In this document: positions 53,690-64,000 of the stretch, piece after piece
Position numbering within the stretch: position 1 is the first letter of the stretch
Layout of the letters: each line of letters opens with the position of its first letter
Source of the DNA: Octopus vulgaris
Lineage: Eukaryota
Length of the DNA stretch: 64,000 nt
Assembly (NCBI GenBank): GCA_951406725.2
Contig: OX597832.1
Coordinates: 53,444,001 to 53,508,000, forward strand
Direction of reading: 5' to 3'
Program-made: the position numbers and the translations under genes
Notes under the pieces: model-generated
Seen by the model: only the letters and a program-made list of their open reading frames with translations
Told to the model about the DNA's origin: nothing
The model's database searches: none

Positions 53690-54020
53690 CTGAGACCCCC
53701 TTCGGTCATGACTGACCATGGGATTGCACCTAGACAGTTTCCCTCCGAGGCACAACTCTGGGCAAGGTTGTTTTTTATGGAAGACCAGCAGTCGCCCCTG
53801 CATACTGGCCTCCCCTCTCCATGCCACCAGTGTTATCCAAGGGAAAGGCAACGGCCTATACAGCTTGGCATCTGTGACATCGCAACTCATTTCTACAGCT
53901 GAGTGAACTGGAGTAACGTGAAATAAAGTGTCTTGCTCAAGAACACAACAAACAACCCAGTCCGGGATTCAAACTCACAACCCTGTGATTGTAAGCTCAA
54001 CGCTCTAACCACTGAGCCTT
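53690..54020 (-). mobile_element. tRNA-derived SINE between (TAA)n tracts
   Basis: Head GGCTCAGTGGTTAGAGCG...GAGTTTGAATCCC; body shares CTTGAGCAAGACACTTTATTTCACG with C-type copies. Confidence 0.7.
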
Positions 54021-54028
54021 CACAATAA

Positions 54029-54059
<31 letters not shown>

Positions 54060-54062
54060 ATA

Positions 54063-54110
<48 letters not shown>

Positions 54111-54769
54111 AATAAATGTCCTGATGCAGTACCAGGCAGTGGTTCTCATGGCTTCTGATCTTAACTGATTGGAGGTGTTATCATGTACATTGTTTTGTCT
54201 TGGTATAAAAGATGGGCTACAGCAAATATTCTGTTCAATACCACAGATTTTCTTGTCAATTGTCTGACCATAACCAGTTGAGCATGTCCCTTAGTGGCTG
54301 ACGATATGTGCATCTCTGATCATGAGCAGAAGTAGTTGGGGGAGCATCATAGCTATGTGTTGAGAGGAATTCTTTGGGATTTGAATAATTCACCTCTGGA
54401 AGCATGGGTGCTTTGTTCATCATCCTTAAAACAAACCTTATTCGTGGACCTTTTGAGTGGAATGGGCTACTTGATCTGAAGACAATTCTAACTGGGCCCC
54501 ACCTGCAAGGTCATGCACTATTTATCTTGACATGAGATTACCATGTCGTGCACATATGGTTGTGGTGCATGTGCCTGGTGTTATGATGGGTATTTTTGGC
54601 TTTGTATATTTGTACCCCAGTGTCACTTTGATGGTAGTCATGATGGGTATTTTTGGCTTTGTATATTTGTACCCCAGTGTCACTTTGATGGTATGCGTTG
54701 CATCTCACTCAATAATAATAATAATAATAATAATAATAGTAATAATGGTAGTAAAGGTGATGCTGTTAA

Positions 54770-55089
54770 TAATGCAGAAGAAGCTAGAAAGTTCTGGAGT
54801 CATATTTGGAATAAGCCAGTTAACCATAATGAAGATGCAGCATAGTTAAAGAAAGTGAGGGAAGAAGTAGTTAGTGATTTAGTAGTTGTAGACAGAGAGA
54901 ATAGAAAGTGCCAGGTAATTGACTTTACAGTCCCAAATGATGAGAAAATCAATATGAGAGGTAGAGAGAAAATAGCAGAGTATCAGGGCCTAACCATTGA
55001 GTTTCACAGGCTAAGGAAAGTGCAGTGCAGGTAAAATGTATCTCTGTAGTTATCGGTGCATAAGGAACTGTCCCTAGAGACTTGGGGAG
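54770..55089 (+). mobile_element. R4/Dong-like deletion derivative, copy 2, followed by GAA/GAG tract
   Basis: Near-identical to reverse complement of 6100-6417, same internal junction. Confidence 0.8.
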
Positions 55090-55591
55090 GCGGGGAGGAG
55101 AAGAAGAAGGAGAAGAAGAAGAAGAAGAAAAAGAAGAAGAAGGAGAAGGAGGAGAAGAAGAAGAAGAAGAAGATGATGAAGAAAAAGGAGGAGGAGGAGA
55201 AGAAGAAGATGATGAAGAAAAAGGAGGAGGAGGAGAAGAAGAAGAAGGAAGAGGAGGAGGAGGAGGAGAAGAAGAAGAAGAAGAAGAAGAAGGACAACAA
55301 TAACAATAAGAAGTTATTTAAATCAAGTCATATGATTAAGTATCAACAACCAAACTACTGCATCTAATCTGAAAAGCGTAGAGATAAAAGTAAGAGCAAA
55401 AACAATTTGTGTACAAATATTTTGTGGTTTAAACCTCACCCGTCCTTCAGTCTAAATGTTGTTTATAATGTGGCTTAAAAAACTTTTCAAGCTTTGGATA
55501 AGCAATTCTCTAAATCTAGTCCTTATCATAAAATTTTCAGTGGACACAGTTAAAACTGGTATACTCTACTATGCCTAATATTGCTGATATC

Positions 55592-55866
55592 CAATCTACA
55601 GTGGAGAAGGCTAGCCACTGGATTTGGTTAAAAAGAGACGATGAGCGATGGCTAGAAGTATATTGAGTTCTTCATAACCAGCTGATCTAGCAAGCGGGGC
55701 CTCATATCAGTGAGGGGGCCCGGTGCGCATTGATGCCGTCGAGAGGTAGGCCCCGAAACGGCGCGCATTCTCTCCTGATGACCCCATACACTTGCTAGCT
55801 TCCGATATACGGAGCTTTTAACTGGTAGCACTTGCATGTGCAAGTTGTTTGCAAGACATTTAAACC
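55592..55866 (+). mobile_element. HERO-like LINE 3' fragment
   Basis: QSTVEKASHWIWLKRDDERW...* matches the EKAS.W.W.KR terminus of HERO-type ORFs; GC-rich 3'UTR. Confidence 0.65.
55687..55798 (+). ncRNA. Rearranged (non-circularly permuted) hammerhead-like RNA
   Basis: Order is GCCG-TC-GAGAG, then GAAA-CGGC, then CTCTC-CTGATGA; closing stem CTAGCAAG/CTTGCTAG. Confidence 0.7.
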
Positions 55867-56407
55867 ATGCAGCTCATAATACTACAATAACTGACAGTAC
55901 ATCTAATATAGCAGCTTAAAGTCACCTAAATAATTGCAATCTGATGCAAATAATCAATATGCTAACGGTGCTATTAATGAATGTGAAGTTGAACCCATCA
56001 TACCTACAAATGATCAAGATAACATTGTTCTATGTAACTGTCATTATAAATGCTTGTGTTTCATTAATAGCCAATGCTTTAGTAAAAATATAGTATATAA
56101 ATGCTCTGTCACTGTTCTTGGTAAAGAACGTGCTTACATTGGTGCATCTTCCTCATTCAAACTTCACTGGAATAATCACAAATCTTTATTTAGGCATAGA
56201 GAAAAGGTTAATAGGTGTAGGAGGGACTATGTACTAAGTAGGCATAGGAGTGGCTGTGTGGTAAGTAGCTTGCTTACAAACCACATGGTTCCGGGTTCAG
56301 TCCCACTGCATGGCACCTAGGGCAAGTATCTTCAACTATAGCCTCGGGCCGACCAAAGCCTTGTGAGTGGATTTGGTAGAAAGAAACTGAGAGAAGCCCA
56401 TTGTATA

Positions 56408-56476
<69 letters not shown>

Positions 56477-59448
56477 TGTGTGTCTGTGTTTGTCCGCCCA
56501 GCATCTCTAGACAACAGATGGTGGTGTGTTTACATCCCCGTAACTTAGTGGTTCAGCAAAAGAGACCGATAGAATAAGTACTAGGCTTACAAAGAATAAG
56601 TCCTGGGGTCAATTTGCTCCACTAAAGGCGCTGCTCCAGCATGGCCACAGTCACTTGACTGAAACAAGTAAAAGGGTAAAGAGAGTACATCTCTAGCTAA
56701 ATTCATACATTCTCTCAATGATAATCTATACTATAATGGAGAAAACGGCTTATTAATTAAGTATTAAACAATTACTAAAAGTATTAAAAGAAAGCAATTA
56801 TTAAAAGGATGACCATCTGGAAATATTTTTATAAATTCATGTTCCAAGAGATTTCCTATAATTTCGATTTTTCAAGTTCGTTGAATTTTTATAACTCCAA
56901 CTTCTCACATATTTAAATATTCATTGCGTCCACTGTGTCCAATTCTTTACAAATTTAAATATTCATTGCATTCACTGAGGAGTATTCCATTCTTATTTGC
57001 AAAGTCTCACTCTCTCTCTCTTTTAATGTTTTCATTTCAAGTTTTAATTTGCTATTTGGAAAACTGACAGTTTATTCTATTAATGTATATGTAATGTAAA
57101 AACATTATTTATTGAATGAAAATTTTAAAAAAATATCTGTATAATTTTTGTAAAAAAAATTTTAAGTAATTTTGTTTTGTTGTTATGGCTGTTTGGAACA
57201 CTATAAGCCTTACAATAATAACTATCCAGACTGATTTTGGCCATTTTCCTTTATAACTTAAAAACCATGGGAGGAACTTTTACAGTAAAAAAAAAAAAAA
57301 TTGTAAATATTTCCAGATGAAATGGTGAACAATTCAAGGGCGGCTTCGCTGTTATTTCTAGCACAACCAAAACCACCCTCCCTTTTCACTTTCACCTGTA
57401 TTGATGTTTTTTTCAATATTTTTCTCCCATTAAACACATTTTATGAAATGTTGGTGCCGAAGTAACATGCGCTTGGTCCATTGATGGAAGAAAACCAGCA
57501 AAATAAATTGTAATCTAAATTTTTGACCCCACCATCACTTTTGTGAAGTTTTGTCAGTGAACAGGTCGCAGTTTCAAACCGACAAAAATGTTTTGACACA
57601 AAGGAAATTTAAATATTGAAGTGAAACTGTTTATGTGTGTTCCTGAATGGCTAACAAACATCTTCCACATTGCAATTGTTTTCTTTCAGCACATGATCTC
57701 AGATCAGGTCACTTGCTATGCAAGTACATTTCGATATTCTTTTTAAATCACTGTGAATAAATGCCAGCAATGACAGAAGCAATTGAGGGCAGGGAGTGGG
57801 GTTGCAAAAAAATTCGTAATTTCTCAAATTTTCTTTTTTATAGCATACAAATGCATTTATGGTGGAGGGGATATTGAAAATCATCAATACATGTGAGAGT
57901 GATAAAGAAACGAGAAGGGTTGCTTTTGGTTGTGCTAGAAACAGCAGCAAAATTGCCCTTAAATCACTCACTTTTCTCTTGGAAAATATTAACAATTAAA
58001 AAAAATTTTTTTCTGAAAATTCTCTTCCAATGGTTTTGAAGTGTAAAAAAAATTGACTTAAATAGGTCCACAGCAGGATTATGAGGGAGGAGGGTTGTAA
58101 AAAATGCTTTTTCAAAACTTTTTCATACAAAGATGTTCCTCTCCCACAATCTTATCATTTTGGTTTAAACCAGGCTGTGGTTTAAAAAAAAATGGAGAAA
58201 ACCCTGCCAAAAATTTTCCCCACAAATTTCTTTAAAATCATAATCTATGCCATTTGAAAGGAATTTGCATAAATTTTCATTAAAAGATACCCATTTTCCT
58301 GAAAGTTATGAGGCGAAAGAGTCAGGTCGTGTGAATGTTCCAAAACTCCTCTCCCCACCCCCTCAGAATAATTCTTTCCCATAAATCCCTATATACTCTG
58401 AAGCCACAATATCTAAGCAGTATTTGTAGAAAATTTTGTCAAAAAGTATCCATTTTTCTGGATGTTATGAGGTAACAAATTCGGGGACATATACATCTGT
58501 AGTAATGCCCTTTTATTTATATGACGTTTTCATTTCATGTTTTTTCATTCATTGTTTGCAATGTTCTCAGTCCCTTCCCACTCTCTCATGTACACACACT
58601 GCAAAGCTTACAGATGGGCTGCTCAATTGTAATCTCTATGTTGCTTTGAGGGGAAGGTAAAACTTGACAAATTGCTTCTCCTTCTGTTGTTGGACTACCG
58701 TGATGTTTGTTTAAAACAGAGAGATTATGACTGTGATAAAATAATGAAAGCAATATTTACGAAGCAAATGAGCACTATTATACAAAGAAATAATTAGACA
58801 AAAAATATGAAAATTATTAGAATTGGGAATCAAATGTGAAAATATTATCAAGGGGCTAGCACTTTAAATCTCAGCAATGACCCCCCTCCTCTTCATCCTG
58901 ATGAGGAGGTCATTGCCAAGATGCACTTTAACTGTAATCGAATGGTAGCAATGAACTCCTGAAATGGCCATGGACTCTAATCAACCATATTATTAATTGA
59001 ACATTTTGGACATATTATTAATTGAACTAATTGAACTTTTTGGACATACTTTTTGTATGAGGGGAGTAAAAAAAAAACTTTTTTCGATGATTAATATTTT
59101 ATTTTATCTTATTTAAATTTTTAGTAGCATGACACGCTTTAGAACTTTTAGTCGATTCCATTTATTTTTTTGACAGGTCATTCTATATATCTGTATTTTT
59201 ATTTGCATATACATTTTTACCTTCTGTGATTTTTGTAGATGTATAATCTATATGTTTAAGAACCGTGGTAATATTTATATGGGATCAAATGTTTGGAGGT
59301 ATGGTGTTACATATAAAGACAACTCAGATTTGATGTTTGTTCTATAATCTATGTTTCTTTATCTCTGTCTCAATTACATTTGAGCACTTTATTTTTGCAG
59401 TCCTATAAACCCTTTTGTTTTCATAAAAGAGACAAAAATTATTTCTTG

Positions 59449-59495
<47 letters not shown>

Positions 59496-59544
59496 TATAT
59501 ATATACATATACATATATACACACACACACACACACACAAACAC

Positions 59545-59577
<33 letters not shown>

Positions 59578-59596
59578 AATATCATTATTTCTAATT

Positions 59597-60033
59597 CTCT
59601 CTAAAGGAGACTACGGCATCGGTACTAGATATTAATAGTTATTACCAAGCTAACATGGCAGTCCAGAAAAATAGGACGAATGCTGCCGTTGATTAGCTCC
59701 AAGAGGCCATCGCCTCTAGCTAGCTATGTGACACATAAACCTGTGTCCATTATAACTTTTGAACAGGGGAGGTCACCAGCTTCCCTGTCGGTCAGCCGCG
59801 ACGTCTGCTGGTTCGGCTACTCCACATTGATAAGAGGCAAACACCTCAAAACTAGTCTGGATGCCAGACCAGCAAGGGGAAGTGGCTGACCTTCCCTGTT
59901 CGAAGGTTGTAATGGACACAAGTTTGTGTGTCACATAGCTAGCTAGAGGCGAAGGCCTCTTGGAGCTAATCAACGGCAGCATTCGTCCTATTTATCTGGA
60001 CTGCCATGTTAGCTTGGCGGTAACTATTAATAT
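59597..60033. mobile_element. Fold-back element, 147-bp arms (59629-59775 / 59887-60033), HHR-like motif at apex
   Basis: Arms reverse-complementary; apex 59821-59861 TCCA-CA-TTGATAA-GAGG(CAAACA)CCTC-AAAA-CTAG-TC-TGGA. Confidence 0.8.
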
Positions 60034-60039
60034 ATATAT

Positions 60040-60412
60040 ATCATCATCATCATCATCATCGTTTAGCGTCTGCTTTCCATGCTAGCATGGGTTGGACGGT
60101 TCAACTGGGGTCTGGGAAGCCAGAAGGCTGCACCGGGCCCAGTCTGATCTGGCAATGTTTCTATGGCTGGATGCCCCTCTTAACGCCAAAACACTCCATG
60201 AGTGTAGTGGGTGCTTTTACGTGCCACTGGCACAGGTGCCAGACGAGGCTGGCAAACGACCACGATCAGATGGTGCTTTTTACGTGCCACCGGCACGGGG
60301 GCCAGGTGAGGCTGGCAAATGACCACGATCGGATGGTGATTTTTACGTACCACCGGCACGGGTTCCAGGCAAGGCTGGCAAACAACCACGATCGGATGGT
60401 GCTTTTTACGTG
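60040..60412 (-). mobile_element. RTE 3'UTR fragment
   Basis: Reverse complement of ~42020-42370 with tandem units and (GAT)n. Confidence 0.85.
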
Positions 60413-60873
60413 CAAATAAATATATATAACAGGAGTGGCTGTGTGGTAAGTAGCTTGCTTACCAGCCACATGGTTCTGGGTTCAGTCCCACTGCATGGCA
60501 CCTTGGGCAAAGTGTCTTCTACTATTGCCTCTTTTTGTTTTCTTACATTGAAATTCATACTTATTAATCTCCTATCCCTTAAAATTGTTTCTGTTCTTAG
60601 AGATTTTTCAGGTCTATGCGAGTTTGTTATGTTGTATCCATATAAACATATAAATATTTGTATATATGTATTTATGCATATATATGCATAACCTATTAAT
60701 TTCTTGTCCCTTATAAATTGTTATCTTTTTTGTTCATAGATACAGGTCTATGCGAGTTGGTTATATTATATCCATATAAACGTATAAATATTTATGTATG
60801 TGTGCATGTGTGCACATAGATAAATATGTGTGTGTATCTGTACGCATCTTTATTTTTTCTGATTCTTGGCTTA

Positions 60874-62978
60874 TCTCTTATTATAAAAGGCAGATTTTAT
60901 CTGCCTCCCTTTGTCTCTTATAGAAATCTACAATATAGGATTTCTTCAATTACAATTTACCTAGCATTTTTAAGAGTAGAATGCATCGGGTCGTGCCAGG
61001 TCCAGTTTTTCAAATTTCAACCCCAATTAAGCAAAATTTCGAGAAAACTCACATTGTGGTGTGTAAGTGAAGTGCTTTCCTTAGTGTGGGCTACAGCACA
61101 CACACACGCACACACACACAAACGGAGCGAAGTGCTTCACTGAAGCTATCACCCTAATTTCTCCTCCTTTCTCTTTGCAAGTGTGCAACGATTAAAGTGA
61201 AAGTATTTATATAAAACGAGAGAAGTGTACCTTAAACCACTACTCAAAAAAAACAACAACACAGCAAACAGAAACAAATAAATACATAACGATTTACTCC
61301 TCACACAATTTCTTCAATTAGAGTTTACCTATGATTTTTCAAAGTACTTCCATTCGGTCATGGCATACAAAATTTCTTTCAATTTCACCCCCATTTCAGA
61401 AAAAATTCGAGAAAACTAAATATTTTACCATTTCACTCTTTCACTCTGCATTCCCACTTCCTCTTTACACACATAGACACGCAAATATATAAATAAAATT
61501 GTAAGCTAACGTGTGTGTGTGTGTGTGTGCGTGTGTGTGAGTGTGTGTGTGTGCGTGTGTGTGTGTGAGGGTGCGTGTGTGTGTGTGTGTGCGTGTGTGT
61601 GAGTGTGTGACAGGAAAGTTTTTTAGGACGAATATAAGATCTAAAGTATATCCAAGTAGCAGAAAGATCGCCCAAAAGTGTATATAGATATTTAAATGTA
61701 TTTATATATTCATCTATACACAGATGTATGTATAATGTGTGTGTATATATTTCCATACACGTAACCATTCACTCCGCACAAAGTTTTTTAGGACGAAAAT
61801 AAGATCTAAAGTTATCTCTAAGTAGCACAAAGGTCGCCCAAAAGTGTATATAGATATATAAATGTATTTATATATTCATCTATGCACACATGTATGTATA
61901 ACGTGTGTGTATATATTTCCATAGAGGTAACCATTCAATCCATACAAAGTTTTTTAGCACGAAAATAAGATATAAAGTTATCTCTAAGAAACAGAAAGAT
62001 CGCCCAAAAGTGTATATAGATATTTAAATGTATTTATATATTCATCTATACACACATGTATGTATAATGTGCGTGTATATATTTCCATAGAAGTAACCAT
62101 TCAATCCATACAAAGTTTTTTAGGACGAAAATATTTATATATAAAAGAAAGGTTGTGTGTCTGTCTACTCCGATTTAGATTCCTAACTACTCCCACATTT
62201 TGCGATGCAGTTTAACCAAAACCGGGTATCTTATAGTCGTGATTCATATCGAGCCCTTCTGGGTATTAGCGCGCGTCTACGATGAGTCTACGATTTTACA
62301 AATAATTTACCATCATTTTTTTCCATTTTAATGCATATTTTTTTAAATAAAGGGAAGTAACTCTCAAACTTCACACCAATATGCGTGCTCATATGCGACG
62401 TAATATCACATCAGCAGCATTTCCTCACACCCTCCTTGCACTTGGCGAAGGCAAAATACCAGGGGATGAAAATGGTAATATTGCCATCGATTCCATTTGT
62501 ACCATTGTTAAGACGCCTTCTGATCTCAGAGATGCAGTGTTCCCAGATCTACAAGCTAATTATTAGAATATGGATTGGATTGGCAAAAAGGCTATACTGG
62601 CCCCGAGGAATAAAACTGTTCACCATATTAATGATGAAATGCTAAAACTCATTCCTGGGGAAATCTATGTATATCAGTCTATCGATACAACTCCTGACCC
62701 AGAGGACGTCATCAACTATCCAATAGAGGTACTCAATTCCTTTGAGCACCCCGGACTACCACCACACTTTCTCAAACTTAAAGTTGGTGACCCTATAATG
62801 CTCATCAGAAATTTGGTTCCCCCAAAACAATGCAATGGCACACGTTTGATCGTTAAGTCCTTATCTCCCACCGTAAACTTATATGAATATTTGCCTGAAT
62901 AATCATCATAATTCAGTGCAATCATTAACAGTACTTTCAAGCAATTCAGCCCCGAGCAACGCCGGGCAATTCTGCTAG
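60874..62978 (+). mobile_element. Non-autonomous Helitron, copy 2 (helicase fragment 62381-62902 with in-frame TAG)
   Basis: Same termini as copy 1: A|TC ... CCCGAGCAACGCCGGG..CTAG|T. Confidence 0.9.
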
Positions 62979-63139
62979 TAATTAATATATGGATAGCATG
63001 TTTATCTTTCCAATATTCCACGAGTAAATGTCCAGAGAAGTCTTTATAGAAACCTCCTAATAAATAAATAAATAAGTACATGAATGAATAATAAACTGAT
63101 TGTATGTAATCTTTCCTCTTTAATGTTGAAAATTGATGT

Positions 63140-63189
<50 letters not shown>

Positions 63190-64000
63190 ATTTTACTTAT
63201 TTTGGTTATGATATGATTTTTGATAATCTTAAATTTTATCTTTATACACCATAGCAATATTGTTTATAAACAATCACCCATATTACCCTGTGATAAAATT
63301 TCCTCTGTATTAACATCATAGGTTTTATTAGCATCTTGCCCTTTTAACTGGTAATGAACATCATGATTTAGAGTCTACCCCAACCCAGTCTCCTTTATAG
63401 AATGTTACTTTATACCCAATTTACTACTCCTAATATCTTGACAATATTTATGACCATACCAAGCCATGAGCTGTCAACTCACACTTGCCCTTCATTCCAA
63501 ATGGACACAGTCTTAGATTTAGTAGTTGATAAAAAGACAAATAAATAAGACACACACAGTCTTAGATTTAGTAGTTGATAAAAAGACAAATAAATTAGAA
63601 ATGAACCACAATTCTTTACAGTCAATGACCCCAGTAAGCTTCATGCTTATCTTGGAAGTGTAGTATATTCTTAGTTACAATAGCGACAACATGGATTTCT
63701 TTTATCTTCTTGCTCTGTTAAAGTATTTAAGTAAAATTATATTAATGTGTCTGACTGATTAAAATTCTATTTATTTATCCAGTAGATGATAGCCCTGCAT
63801 TTAAATTGATGTAATGATTGCATTGTTCAATTACATGGAGCTGCTTGTAACAGTTGTACTGCATCACTTCTTGATATCCTGTTGCTTATTTTGATTTTTT
63901 CACCTTACTTTGAGCTGTGTGGATAATACCGGACTAACTTGGTGCTTCAACTTAAGCACCTAATTCAACTGAATATCAATTATTTCTGTATATGTGTGTG

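Larger units (their letters stand above)
55315..56725 (+). pseudogene. PLE linker and GIY-YIG relic, likely continuation of 47045-48015
   Basis: NILWFKP..FS.NV, LDKQF...YHKIF, YSTMPNI | insert | CNC..C...C...IVYKC.V...YIG...FK..WNNHKSLF | SINE A 56240-56686 | TSLAKFIHSL. Confidence 0.8.

Noticed and set aside
54115-54710. Possible ribozyme in repeat with ~56 bp tandem duplication
   Set aside because: Could not fit a complete HDV or HHR fold by eye; left as unclassified repeat
55004-55367. Poly-K/E ORFs; also poly-N/I/L ORFs at 53488-53902
   Set aside because: GAA/GAG and TAA microsatellites
63504-63595. ~42 bp near-tandem duplication (also 4417-4464, ~60608-60795)
   Set aside because: Ordinary local slippage

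Overview
Repeat-saturated animal genomic DNA, most likely octopus/cephalopod (inferred from the tRNA-derived SINE families and the dense TA/TACA/CA microsatellites). No intact host gene is recognisable, and most track ORFs are microsatellite or SINE read-throughs. Readable elements: Penelope-like element (PLE) relics with RT, GIY-YIG and pseudo-LTRs; a near-complete RTE LINE; R4/Dong-like, HERO-like and Tx1-like LINE fragments; a young non-coding LTR element with a tRNA-Trp primer site; a Gypsy relic; mariners; non-autonomous Helitrons; MITEs. Main unexplained structure: (1) about a dozen hammerhead-ribozyme (HHR) motifs, including U3-A8 core variants and one apparently non-circularly permuted HHR in a HERO-like 3'UTR; (2) repeated co-occurrence of HHRs with fold-back DNA, from 0.4 kb hairpins to a 12.4 kb palindrome (7755-20115) whose spacer is an inverted copy of a segment 10 kb away. 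All folding and alignment was done by eye.
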